From the human T2T-CHM13v2.0 reference genome, Homo sapiens: DNA of 64,000 nucleotides. Location: the NCBI RefSeq assembly GCF_009914755.1, contig NC_060931.1. One strand, given 5' to 3'. Both the position numbers and the translations under genes were made by a program. This document shows positions 14,696-32,215 of the stretch, piece after piece. Under the pieces are notes generated by a model. That model was not told the DNA's origin. It worked only from the letters and a program-made list of their open reading frames with translations, and did not search any database. Positions within the stretch are counted from its first letter, which is position 1; each line of letters opens with the position of its first letter.

Positions 14696-17265
14696 TAAGC
14701 ACTGTAAACTGTTGTGTGTTTCAGCCAGGCCTGCTACTTGGTGTAGCCTAGAAACAAGATGGAGATCACACATTTGTCTTTTGCCACGAGAAAATTTATA
14801 GCAAGTATCTAAAGGCCCTCTTTTTGAGACTGTGATATTTCAGAAACAGATTCTGCATTGTACCTGCACCAGCCCAGGTATAAATAGAGTGACTCATCCT
14901 GGAGGCCACTTGTCCAGATGACATGGGAGCAAGCACTACAGGAAAGGTGAGGGAAAGGTCCTGGCAGGCCAGGCTAGTTCCTGTGCATCCAGGGCAATGG
15001 TGAAATCCTTAGTATGAGGGGACTGTGGCAGGAGGTGGGAAGAAAGCCAGACACGTAGTATTTTCACAAGATTTAAATTGGTTGGGGCTCCTTCAGAATA
15101 ATAATAATAATTAGAAAAACATAACACCAATCACCCCTTTGAGTTTTTTTTGATGATGCTTTCTCAGGTATTTAATTTTTAGTGAGAAAATAGCTACATC
15201 ACTTGGAATGGTTTGTTTTAAATTCAAAACTTTTTTTTCCTTAAAAAAACCATTTAAAAAATCATAGAAATAGGCACTTGTCCTTTGCAGAACACTTGAC
15301 AAAAAACAAAAAACAAAACAAAACAAAAAACCCACAACATTTTGGGGTGGTCATAGTTCAGTAGATGATTTGGACTCATTTCCTCTTCTTTCTATTGTCC
15401 ATACATCACCCAGTTGCCTACCCTCCTTGGGGTGTTGGCGCCAGTGAGGGTTTGGTAATATGGCAAACTGTTATCTGCAGTTGGAGAAGAGCTGGGGGGG
15501 CCCGCTTGTTGTGCTAGAGACAAATTGTGATCTCAAAATGAGGTCACTGAGCTTTTCTTCACTTTCATCTTCCCTGATATTTATGCTGATTGTGAAATGG
15601 AATAGGAGACTTCTTAAGATTAATGAAGGAGGGGGAGAGATTAGGTGATTATTTTTCACAAGAAAGATCATTGTGGACATGCCTTCTTTTCCCTAATAAA
15701 ATTTACAACCTATACAGATAGCTTGAAGCAGACCACATGGCTACAATTTAGCACCCAGGGATTGGAATGGGCTTACTACCTCTATCCCAAAACATCCCCA
15801 CATAAAGACTGTTGCAGAAACAAGAGATCATGCTAGATCATATTAGAGGGATAAACAATTATCAACACCAAGGACTCACGAAGGATAAATTAAGACAGAT
15901 GTCTGAGCTTGTTGGAGAGAATGATAAAACCAGAGGCTGAAGGAGACTAGGTGATGAGGACACCACAATGCAAAGTCAATGCATCTTTGATATATTCCCA
16001 AGCACAAAGTAAGAGCCCAGGTCATCTGGATGCCTGCATCTTGGGGCTTAGTAAATAAGCAGCTTGGAACCAGAGTTTATCTCTTTCAATTTTGCTTCCA
16101 CCAGAATTCCTAAAAGGGATGCTCATGTTTTAGAGGCATATTTAACACCTGGAAGAGCTTGTTGGGAATGCAGATTCCTGGGCTGCAGCCCAGCCTGCTG
16201 ACTCAGAGAAGCCCCTGATGATTCTCAGTAGGTGGATTGAGCCCATCCTGCGAGCATAATTGCCTTAGTGAATTCACACTAATTGACAAGGCACTTGAGG
16301 AAAACAAAAACAAAAAAACAACAACAACAAAAAATGTAGGTCTCGTGACACTAGGAAAGAAAGTCATGTTTTTACCCCTGCTGGTCTCCCACCACAAGCT
16401 ACGGGCAAAGAAGGGAAGAGATCCAAAGCAGAGAAAACACAAAATAGACAAACCTCAATTTTTACATCATAGGGGTATTTTTAAAAGGCTGTGTATAATC
16501 AAATTTGTGTCAGTTAATCTTTACTTTCCCTTAAGTCTAACTCAATGTATCCACTTTTGATTTTTAATGTGGTAATGACTTTGTCATCTTTTTTTTCTCT
16601 TCTACTTATGCCATACTTATGGCATACTTATGCCAGCCTCTCCATCCAGAATTGAACTGCCTGTGAACCAGCTACAGAGAGCACCCAGGGCCATTTGCCT
16701 CACAGCAGCAGAGCTGCTTGTTTACCGAGAGCTCCAGCCCCTTGTTGGCAAAGGTGGACCTCTTATCTCTCAGGGATCACTCTGCCTCTGGGTTCCTGTA
16801 TCCCTGTGTGGGATTTACACACTGCCCGAGGGCCTGGCTCTTCCTGGGTTCTGCTCCACTGTTGCCCAGCTGACCTGTCAAGTTGTGGTTGGAGACCCAG
16901 AGTGACCCAGCCCCTACATCGCCCATCAGACTTGTTGCCCTGGTCTGGCTGGCCATTTATCTGGCTCTGGGATTAACTCTAAAATCCTGAGGGCACCAGC
17001 CTTCTAGGAGTCTGATATGGGCCATTTTCCCTGGAAATATAAATGAAACTGACTGGCGTGGGAGCACTTATAGCTCTTGCTGGTCCTCCTGGTCCTGGGT
17101 CCAACCTAAAAGGATCTTTTTCACCATTCCCACTGTCCCTGATCAAATCAATCTCTCCTTATTTGTCATATGGACCACCCTGGTGCTCTCCTGACTTACC
17201 TCCTTCCACCTTTTTTAGTCTATTTTAGTCCACCGTCCGTTTGGCTGCCCGAGGAAACTCTCTAA

Positions 17266-17754
<489 letters not shown>

Positions 17755-17867
17755 TTACTCTTTTTAAGTCTATGCCATCTTCCAATGCCACATTTGTGTC
17801 CTCATGTTATGTCCTCACCCTGGAATGTTCTCTCTTCCCATTTTTGTCCCTCTTGCTTTTTCTTCAA

Positions 17868-20615
<2,748 letters not shown>

Positions 20616-20919
20616 CTAAGTATACATGCTGCCAGATTTTTTTTCAGTAAGTTTAAACTAAACACACTGCCACCAATTTTTCCAGTTCTACTAAATCATA
20701 TTGTCAATTCAAATGGATTATCATTCATCTGTCTTTCTCTTTATTCTTCCCTCCATCCTTCTGTCTCTCCTACTCTCTTTCCTTTTATTCTTACTTTCTC
20801 TTTTAATATAATGAGAAAAATGTACCTCATTTATTCTTCAATCCAGGTGAGTTTGGATATTTCTTTCATTCATTCAACAAAAATTTAGTGATGCCAACTG
20901 AGTCAGATTCTAGGCAATA

Positions 20920-21240
20920 GAGACATCCTCTTTTGGTTAATATTTTCATGGAATATCTTTTTCCATTTTCTCACTTTCATTCTACGTGTATCTTTGGATC
21001 TAAAGTGAGTCTCTTATGGACAGCATATAGTTGGATCATGTGTTTTTATCCATTCTTTTAATCTCTGTCTTTTGATTAGAGACTTTAATCCATTTGTATT
21101 TAAAGTAATTACTGATAAGCAGGGACTTCTGTTATTTTGCTATGTTTTCTACATGCCTTATGGCTTTTTAGTTCCTCATTTTCTTTTAATTTTTATATAA
21201 CTTTCCTTTATTTTTTTTAGAGAAATGTTTAAATTCCTTT
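20920..21240 (-). mobile_element. Old L1M fragment
   Basis: atggaatatctttttccat...taaagtgagtctcttatggacagcatatagttggatc. Confidence 0.65.
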
Positions 21241-21244
21241 ATCA

Positions 21245-21248
<4 letters not shown>

Positions 21249-21297
<49 letters not shown>
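21249..21297. repeat. (TG)n microsatellite
   Basis: About 24 TG units. Confidence 0.95.
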
Positions 21298-21299
<2 letters not shown>

Positions 21300-21467
21300 T
21301 TTTTCCTGTTGCTCAGGTTGGAGTGCAGTGGCTTGAACATGGCTCACTGCAGACTTAACCTCCTGGGCTCAATTGATCCTCCTGCTTCAGCCTCCTGATT
21401 AGTTGGGACTAGAGGCACAGGCACATGCCACCACGTCCAGCTAACTTTTGTATTTTTTTGTAGTGAC
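21300..21467 (-). mobile_element. Partial AluJ (right arm) next to (TG)n
   Basis: Alu right-arm sequence only. Confidence 0.75.
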
Positions 21468-21899
21468 AAAATGCCTGGCTCCCAAAAGGGTAAAATGAGA
21501 AAAATAGAGGAGAAAAGAGGGTTCTTACCCTTTAAATCCCCTGAAGTCACTTCAGCTAAAGGCAGAGGGGCTTGCAAGAATAGGAGGAGGTGCAACAACA
21601 ATGGCTACCTCTTTGTATGCACTTCTGTGTTCAGAAGCAGACCATTTGTCTGAATAATGTCACTGTAGACATGAGTGTACAAATACCTCTTTGAGACCAC
21701 CAATGTCAGTGGTCTGATTTTTAAAAATCAATTTTAATTACATAATTTTCAACATCTCATATGGGTCCCCACATTATTCTTGCATTTTACAATTTCTCTT
21801 GTGTTCTCTCCTATTTGGTTTTCCAAATGGATTGTTTTTCCAACTGCACTCCAAAAATGTCTATTAAAATTTTGATAAAAATTATAAGATAAATTATAT

Positions 21900-23977
21900 A
21901 AATTAAATGTAAATAATTATCTTTTTGGGAAACCAAATATTTAATGTGTTCACTAAATTGTATCAATGCAATTTCAAGCAAATGCCAATTGGAAGACCAA
22001 GCCCAGGAATTCATAGAGGAAACAATCTTCCAAATAATAAGGAGCACTAAGGTGATCTTCCCCTTCAGCCACAATACTAGTAGCTATAAGAGTGTAAGTC
22101 AGTCAGTATTATCCAGATTTCTGAGCATTTACCACAGCATCAATTTTCAGAATTCTCTGGACAGTTTCATTTGCTAGGGTCAGAGCAATAAATGAAATCA
22201 CAAAAGTTGGGCAACCAGTTTTCCAAAATGGAAATACTGCCCTTTTGATACTAATGCCTGCAATTTTTTTCTTGTTAGGCATGTTGATTTCTTAGTTCTG
22301 TTACTGTAGAAATGGGATTCAAAGCCAGCATTTTCAGCTAGTGTAGTTGGAATGACCTCCATAGCATCTGCAAAACATGAACACTGTAAAATTCCATACC
22401 ACTCAATGTTCACAAACATTCAGTTAACCATAGGGCCAATTCTACTGGAGCACCACCTCCTGCAGTAAGAGCTCTCTTCACCAAACAGCAAATAATACAT
22501 AGCACATCGTGAATGGAAGGCTCAATTCTTCAGTCCTATGACAATTTTAACTGTTTTTCCAGCACTTGTACAGCCTGTAGTCTTGAGCAGTTTTCCAGAA
22601 CCATTTAAACTGACCTTCTCAGCTAACTCAGCAAAACCCAGCATGTCAGTGTGACTTGGTCAGTACGAGCAACTGGCTTGGTTCCAATTGTCTTACAAAT
22701 GAATTCAACATCTTCTTTTTCAATATTCTTAACCAACATAATAATTTTGTTCAGGAAATGTCATGCAAGATCACTAGGAGCGTCTCTAAAGTGTCCTGTA
22801 TGAGAAGGACATTATATCCCATTTGTAAAAGTTTGCTATACTAAACTTAAAATATAGGCTCTCTCTCTCATAGCATTTAGTCCATCTGAACATTGTCAGA
22901 AACTGCTACTTGATTTCCATATCTGTTGGGAGCAGATAAGCAAAACTGAATGTGCCCAATCTTAGCCTTTTCAAATTGGGTTATGCCAGAATTTACCACT
23001 TTCTGGGTGAGAATAAGACCTTCCACCAACTCACAGTCATCAATTTTTCCACCAAGTTTCTTAACCGCAGTCATATATTGCTTAACAATGGGGTACAATC
23101 TGAGAACGGCATTGTTAGGTCATTTTGTCATGCAAACATCATAGAGTGTACTTACACAAACCTAGGTGGTATAGCCTACTACACACATAGTTACATAGTA
23201 TAGCCTATTGCTTGTAGGCTATAAACATGTACAGCATGTTACTATACTGAATACTACATATCTAAACATTGAAAATGTACAGCAAATACATGGCATTATA
23301 ACCACTGTCATATGCAGTCTGTTGTTGACTGAAATACTGTTACATGACACATGACTGTATGTTAATATCTCTAAGATTTACAGTAGTACCTGTAGCTGGG
23401 TCACTTTCATCACTGCATTTACACTCGTCGGAGGAAGCAGAACTTGAATACTGAAAGACAACCTGTGAGTTCAAAGAACTGGTGGCACTGTTTAACAAAG
23501 TTTCTCTGTCATTCAGTTCCACAGGTTGAGATATGTTACTTAAGATCTCAATACCCTTTTCCAAAGACTTCTGGGATGACTTGGAAGTGATGGTTGGATG
23601 AATCCCTTTCTGAAGAAGCTTGGCCCAGGAACCTATGAGAGAGCCAGCAATAGTGCCAACTGATGCAGTGCTATCTCCTGCTTCTATATCTTAGCCCCCC
23701 CAGCATTCTGCTGCTGGATGTGACACTTGCATTTGTTTCAGAATGGTGGCACCATCATTTGTAGTGATCACATTGCCTTTTCCACCTTGAATCTTTTTTC
23801 CCATTCCTTTTGGTCCAAGGCTTGTTTTAATAGCATCAGCAACAGCTTTGGCTGTGATGTTGCTGAACCAGATCTCAGCCTGCTTGTCATATCCCTGACA
23901 GGCACCTTTCACACAGCAGCTGGCAGCCCTGGTGGGTGCCCTGCTCCATGGTCCAAACAACATCTTTACTTGGGCAT
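21900..23977 (-). pseudogene. CCT4P1: Processed pseudogene of chaperonin subunit CCT4 (TCP-1 delta)
   Basis: Intronless colinear fragments: [80 protein letters not shown], plus 3'UTR-like sequence. Many stops and frameshifts; ATG at 23977 followed by an early TAA. Symbol from recalled 7q34 annotation. Confidence 0.9.
23068..23357 (-). mobile_element. Tigger3a/MER7A MITE inside the CCT4 pseudogene
   Basis: TIRs cagtcat...atgactg followed by TA; splits the CCT4 peptide LRDINI / VKKLGG. Confidence 0.88.
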
Positions 23978-24165
23978 GTTAACTAAAACTTTCTCCTTAT
24001 GTGTTACATCTTGTTTTGTTTTTTGTTTGTTTTGCTGTCAGGTTCTAAAGATGTGCTCCTTTAGGGTTAGGGAAAGGCTCCAGGATGGCTATGGAATTCC
24101 ACTAGGGAGCTAGAGGGCCACAGGAATCTACCAGCTGGGGGACTTTGGCCAAGTTACTTTAAACC

Positions 24166-24350
24166 ATAGTTCTCAAAGTGTGATCTCCAGACCAGCATCA
24201 TCAGCCACACCTGGGAACCTATTACAAATACAAATTCTTGGGCCTTGTTGGAGATCTATTGAACAAGAAACTGGGAGTGGGGCTTAGCCATTTATGTTGA
24301 ACAAACCCTCAAGATGCTGCTGATGAATACTTAAGTTTGAGAAATACTGT
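24166..24350. mobile_element. MER5A
   Basis: gttctcaaagtgtgatctccagaccagcatca...aagtttgagaaatactg. Confidence 0.8.
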
Positions 24351-24367
24351 GTTAAACCATATTTCTT

Positions 24368-24674
24368 TTTCTTTTTCTTTTTTTTTTTTTTTTTGAGACG
24401 GAGTCTCGCTGTCGCCCAGGCTGGAGTGCAGTGGCGCAATCTCGGCTCACTGCAGGCTCCGCCCCCTGGGGTTCACGCCATTCTCCTGCCTCAGCCTCCG
24501 GAGTAGCTGGGACTACAGGCGCCCGCCACCTCGCCTGGCTAATTTTTTGTATTTTTAGTAGAGACAGGGTTTCACCGTGTTAGCCAGGATGGTCTCGATC
24601 TCCTGACCTCATGATCCGCCCGCCTCGGCCTCCCAAAGTGCTGGGATTACAGGCGTGAGCCACCGCGCCCGGCC
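24368..24674 (-). mobile_element. Young AluY, AluYe5-like
   Basis: Perfect TSD aaccatatttctt (24355-24367, 24675-24687). Sense-strand gcgaggtggcggg, aaccccagggggcggagcctgcag and gcgacagcgagact. Confidence 0.85.
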
Positions 24675-24911
24675 AACCATATTTCTTAACCTTGGCTGCA
24701 CAGTAGAGCCACCTAAGGAGCTTTTCTCTATCTACCCCTATTCTGATTAGTCTGGAGGGGGACCGGTGACAGGAATCTTGATTCTAATGCATAACCAGAG
24801 TTGAGAACCACAGCTCTGAACTTGTTTGTGTATAAAATGGGGGAAAATAATACTTACCTCTTAGAGCCGTTGTAGTGATTAAGTGATACAACTTACAGTA
24901 AGAGTGAAGCA

Positions 24912-25390
<479 letters not shown>

Positions 25391-28194
25391 CTAGCAAATG
25401 GTGAAGCACTTGACAAATGATAGTTACTGGTATAATAATACTCAGAGAGGTTAGAGCTACATCACCAGGTCAGGAAAAGACAGTGGGACTTTGAGGGCTC
25501 AGTGTTGGTTTATTCAGGTTATGACTCTGAGGTTGCCAGGTCATGCACCATAGCTCTCACTAAGCAAAGTTTTTATGGTTGCTTGTGGGTCTTTGTTCAT
25601 ACCATTTGCTTCAACCCTTTCTCTCTGCTTGTGAAAATCCTACATTAAGAGTGTGATGAAAGGTACAGGGTTTGTCACCTACCAGGGATGGAGAATAGAA
25701 AAAAAAGAAGGTACATGTTTTAGAGTCAGCAGTTTGAATTTAAAACTTCAGTCTAGACATTTATAGCTGTGTGATCTTGAGCATTGGTCTCCTTATCTGC
25801 AAAATGGGGATGTTTATCATATGGGGGGGCGTCAAATAAGATATAGCCTGCAAAGCACAATGTATTAAACACTCCAGAAATGCTGGCCTTATCTGTATTT
25901 ATTGCTGTCCTGCTTGGGAAGTCATTCCTGATGATGCAAACATTGACCTCTTTTATCTCTAACCCTCTTTTTAAATATTAACTTGTTACTAGTTTGGTGC
26001 TTAACCCACTGGCCATTTCTCACAGATATTCTCAGACTGGAGCTCTTTTTAGATTAATCTGTATCCTTAGTCTTTCAATTTCTGTTTAGAATAGTTTTTA
26101 TTCTAAACTCAACAGGCCAATTGTTTGTGGCTCTATCGGGAAAATGATTCTGCACTGAGCCCAATTTAGATTGTCTTACTGAGACAAGGCTAGGTGGAGC
26201 TCGGTCTTCTGCAACAGGGACACAGAACATTCTCCATAAATGAATCCATCCTTTCAGAAAACACATATTTCCTTAAGTAGAATGGAAAAGGTCTTAGAAT
26301 CTACCTTGGTTTAACTCTACTTTCTACTTTAATGTGAATCTGTAATATTGCCACATCTCCAATTAAGTTACAAAATTGCATCTGGCTAGTTTTATAACCC
26401 TTCTCTCCATTTTGTTGCCTTTATGGCATTTAAAAAACATTTCACTGTTTTAAGTTCAGCATAAAAGTTTTACTGTTTATCCAGTTATCTTAGTATCCAG
26501 GGCTGGACAGTCTCTCTGTTTTATCTAAGTATCCTTGAATGTAATACTGTTTGTTTTGCTGCTTCTTTCTCTCTTTTTTTTTTTTTTTTTTTTTTAAGAA
26601 ATGCTTTCTTCTGAACCTTTCTTGAGTACTTAACGAAAGCCATGAAGACAGGGTTGGCAGGATAACAGATGTTTCCCCCTATTTATTGCTCCTGAAGTTT
26701 GTTCCCTGCTCTAAATCTCTAAAATTAGGCACATAGGATCTTTGGGAGAAATGTGTGAATAAAGAGAGACGGGGTGAAGCAGGCAGAATTTCAAATTTTG
26801 ATTTATTCTTTCTTGGAAAATGATTTATAAATACAAGCATTATGGTTATATATGTTTAAATATATGATGCCTTATGTTTATTTTGAAACACACACATATA
26901 TGGTGCTTAAAAAATAAACTTATGGAGCCCATAATTACATAAATAATAAGATGTTACCTCTCATCTACCTCCTCTTCCTGAACCTATCATGCTGCTTGTA
27001 AACGTGGGGAACTTTATATTTTTAGGAGATACGTGTCAATGCTGCCACAGAAAATTGTGCTAGTAAGACACAGCAGTACTTACTAGTCACATAATGTGCT
27101 ATATGTAAAAGTTTTTAACTTTTTATAATTTACAGAGTTCTTTTCACAAATATCTTATTTCATTAATCCAGTGAAGCATTATGATTTTATAGAGAAGGAA
27201 AGAGGTTCAGAGAAGTAACTGACGTCACATAATCAGTAAGTACACTATATCACAAACCCATGACTTTTGAATCTAAAACCCAGTCTTTTTACTATGTTAT
27301 GCTGAAATCGAGGGCAAAATGGTCTATGCACACTGATCCCCACAGGTTAGAAAGCACCAATAGTTTAGGTTTTGACCAGAGAAATCCAATTAAACAAACT
27401 GGCTAGTCTAAACTTGGAGTTAAAGATTTTTTTCTGATTACACTTAGTCACCATCTTAACCATTGGTCACTGTTGTCCTGAAATTTGTTGACTTCCCTGG
27501 TGTCAAGAGTTAACTTTTCCTTATCTTCTATTGATACCTTCCAGCTGGTCCATCGTACTTCTGTACAGGCTGTTTTGAGTCACACAGCTTGCTCTATCAA
27601 TTGAAGGTATAGCTTATGTACAAATGTATTTTAGCTTTCATTTCTGATTTTCAGCCTGGAGCAGTGGCACACTAATCTACTTCTGCGTTATCTACAAACT
27701 TCCCTGTCAATCATTGCCAAGGCTCACTGCAGGGTCAGGGTCTGAGATCTCACTGAAGCTCTTCCATCGGCAAACCAATACATCGATTCTTTACTTGTTT
27801 TCCGACTCAGGTCTGCTGTTAGAATGTAATGCAGTTATTCTCTTTAAAATATCATGCTAATTCTCTTAAGTTCCTCTTACATTCAGATCTTTCCCAAAAG
27901 CTGGAGATCACATAATTCAAACATCTGCTGAGCTACATTGGGTTCAGGCTGAGATCCTGTTTCTCAGCTCAACATCCTGGGGTAATCATCCACCTACACC
28001 TGGCTCAGCTGCATTGGCCAAGAATAACAGTGCATCTGCACTTTTCTAAGCACGTTTCTGAGATCTTGCCAATACTTTGTAATACACACATGCTCATTCA
28101 CACAGTCTTACGGACTAAGTCTATTTGTCTCTGTATCCTCTACAACTATCACGTGTCGAGCACATGGCAGGTGCTCAGTAAAAAGTTCTAAATG

Positions 28195-28558
<364 letters not shown>

Positions 28559-28935
28559 TTATTTTTTTAAACAGGCTATAAAATAGGCCCTAGCCATACC
28601 ATCTGGATTAGGTATCTTTAAAAATAGCATTCATTTAAACATATGTACTGGGAATCTTTCTACTTCAGGAATCATTGAGTGTTACAGAGAAAGAAAACTG
28701 TGGCTGGAGTAGCTGCTATACATACTCCAATAAATACTATCGCACTAAAATGCTTTTATATTTTGATTATTTTTTGAATAATATGTTTGAATATTGACAC
28801 TATTGTACACTTAAATATGGTTAAGATCATTAATTTTATGTTTTTACTACAATAATAAAAAGTTATTAAAAAATTACTGGACATGCTAAAGATTCAGAAC
28901 AACTGTTGGAAAAAAAAATCAGAGAAGCCTTCACA

Positions 28936-29222
28936 ATTTTTTTTTTGAGACAGAGTCTCGCTTTGTTGCCCAGGCTGGAGTGCAGTGGCACCATCTCAGC
29001 TTACTGCAAGCTCCGCCTCCCTGCCATTCTCCTGCCTCAGCCTCCCAAGTAGCTGGGACTACAGGCACCCACCACCACGCCCGGCTAACTTTTTTGCATT
29101 TTTTAGTAGAGACGGGGTTTCACCATGTTAGCCAGGATGGTCTCGATCCCCTGACCTCGTGATCCACCCGCCTCGACCTCCCAAAGTGCTGGGATTACAG
29201 GCGTGAGCCACTGTGCCCGGCC
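28936..29222 (-). mobile_element. AluY
   Basis: TSD aagccttcacaattt. Confidence 0.9.
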
Positions 29223-29339
29223 AAGCCTTCACAATTTCTTTGGAAACTCATTGCTGGAATACAATAAAACCAGCAGCGAGCTACTCAAATCTATACAACA
29301 GTCATCCCTCATAGAACTTCTAGTTATGTTCAAGCTTTT

Positions 29340-30090
<751 letters not shown>

Positions 30091-30303
30091 CTTCCTTTTA
30101 AAAGATACTTACTCTACAAATTCATCTTAATAGATTTCTCAAAGGAGTAGGTGAAGACACACACAAAGTTTGTGAGCTTGGTGGTGGAGACAGTGGCTGA
30201 AAGGCCCAAGATGAAAGAAGTTTAGGGCTGGGTGAGTCAGTAAGCAAGAAGGGAGAAATGAGGACACTATAGGATGCTCACTTAATGAGGTTTCCCCTCC
30301 ATT

Positions 30304-30361
30304 CCCCCAGCATCCCATCCCACCCCAAACAAATCATCAAACAATAACTTAGGTATTTATT
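30304..30361 (-). terminator. MRPS33 polyadenylation signal with downstream GU- and G-rich elements
   Basis: AATAAA at 30361-30356, about 245 nt after the stop, followed by TTATTGTTTGATGATTTGTTT and G-runs. Confidence 0.7.
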
Positions 30362-30605
30362 TCATTAGAGAATCAGGTAAACCTCACATTACACGGCCAA
30401 GGCCAAGATAATTTTGCACAGTTAGAATGTGTTCAAGAAACCAGCCACAATGTAACCGGATTAGATTTCACCAAGGAGATGACTGTGTTCCTCCAAATAA
30501 ACTTCATTTAGGAAGATGACATTCCTCCAATATGTGGAAAGACAATAAATGCACTTTCTTCTCTCCGCCACTGAGGAAGAAAGTCTCCCTCTTGAGGGAC
30601 CAACA

Positions 30606-30711
30606 CTATTTCCTTTTTGCTGCTCTTTTCCCTTCTCCTTTCTTTGGTTTCTCCTTTCCACGAAGCTTCTTTAGTCGTTTTTGCTCATCCATAAAATCCT
30701 GATGCTCATCT
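30606..30711 (-). CDS. MRPS33: MRPS33 last coding exon ([35 protein letters not shown])
   Basis: Acceptor ttcattcag|A GAT GAG CAT; TAG at 30608-30606. 215+106=321 nt = 106 aa plus stop, in frame with the upstream exon. Confidence 0.96.
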
Positions 30712-31369
30712 CTGAATGAAGAAGGAAAAAATAATTAACCAGTTATTTTTACGAGTAGAAAAGTACACTAATCTAGCACGCACTGCTCTCTTAGGTCATT
30801 CTGGTTATCGATCTTTGACTTTTACAAGTTAGCCACATGCTCAGCTTGGTGAACAAAAAGTATAGGGAGTCCCTAACACAGAGATGCGGTGTATTCCAAA
30901 AGTTCACTTGTAAGTCCGTTTCCCCTCACAGAAACACTGCCACAAGCTGCAGGGAAATTCCCAGGCCAGCCTACATAAACCTACATAACAATGACACAAT
31001 ACTAATGATTACCCCAAATTTCCCTGCAACACTAAGACTAAACAGAGAGGAGACAAAGTGGGAATCTGCTTCAATAGCTACACAGAGACCCTGACTGCCC
31101 TAGGAACTAGCATCTACTCAGAATGGGGTGAGGTCTGGAGGAAGCTCAGCCTGGCCAACATGGTGAAACCTTAGTGGCAGCAGGTAACTCACACAAAAAG
31201 GCTGCTGGGGAAAGGCTCAGGCAGAAGGAAGCCAAATCAAAAGACAGATACTAAAGGAATCAAAGCAGCCAGGACTACGTAAGTATGTGGATGGCACAGA
31301 AGTTGATGATTGCTTATATTATAAAAAAAAGTCCACATCTTAAGCCCAGATACCTAAAGATTGGTATGG

Positions 31370-31512
31370 TGTTTAAACATGTAAGCTCTGGATTCCATGT
31401 GAACCTGGGTTCAAATCACGGCTCCACCATTTACTAGATCTGTCACCTTGGATAAGTGGCCTTACCTCCCTGCACCTTAGTTTCCTAACCTGTAAAGTAT
31501 GGATAATAACAG
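31370..31512. mobile_element. MIR
   Basis: cctgggttcaaatcacggctccaccatttactag...cttagtttcctaacctgtaaa. Confidence 0.7.
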
Positions 31513-31629
31513 TGTATGAATCAAATGTAAGAGAGGGGTGTGCTGAGCTTAAGTTTTAACTCTCTAGGCTATCCATGAACATCATGGACAGTATACAACT
31601 CTTTGGGATTAGTGGTGAGTGTCCCCAAA

Positions 31630-32215
31630 TAATTCTCAACAGTGCAGCTGGTATAATTCTTCTAAAATATATGTCAGATCATGCTACTCCTGTTCATAGC
31701 CCTGCAAATAGTTCCCCATTTCAACCAGAGCAAATGCCATTGTCCTTACTATGGCTTCACAGCCCCTTGCAATCCGTCTCCAGTCCCACACCCTCCCGGT
31801 ACCTGCACGCCTCCTGGAAAGGAACACTCCCACCTCAAGGCCTTTGCTATGCTCTTGCCCCTCTGCCTTGCAAACTCTTCCCCAAGTCCTACTTGGCTCA
31901 CTCACCACCTTCAAGCCTCTGCTTAAACCTCAACTCCTCAACGAGGCTGACCCTGACTGTCCTGTTTCATCCTGTAATCTAGCCTCTCCCCACCTACTGC
32001 AGGCCCCGTCAGCACTCTGGATCCTGCTCAGCCGGCTCTACTATTTTTTTCCACAGCATGTTCAACTTTGTAACAGATCCTATAATTTACTTATTTTTTT
32101 TCCCCCTCTTCTGTCCCTCCTTCATTCTCATCAACCGTTGGACAGAAAGAAAGCTTTCTGGCGACTCTGTCTCTGTTGATGATACAAGCTAGGTACCTGG
32201 TTAACTGAATGAATC
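31630..32215 (+). mobile_element. L2a fragment in MRPS33 intron
   Basis: gtcagatcatgctactcct..., cctcaaggcctttgc..., end ttaactgaatgaat. Confidence 0.65.

Noticed and set aside
21900-23977. Functional CCT4 retrogene
   Set aside because: Stop at codon 4, many frameshifts and a MITE insertion.
30461-30661. 66-aa [14 protein letters not shown]...
   Set aside because: Alternative frame of the MRPS33 last exon and 3'UTR with a GTG start.
31575-32179. 135-142 aa plus-strand ORFs in the MRPS33 intron
   Set aside because: Lie in an L2 fragment; no recognisable domain.
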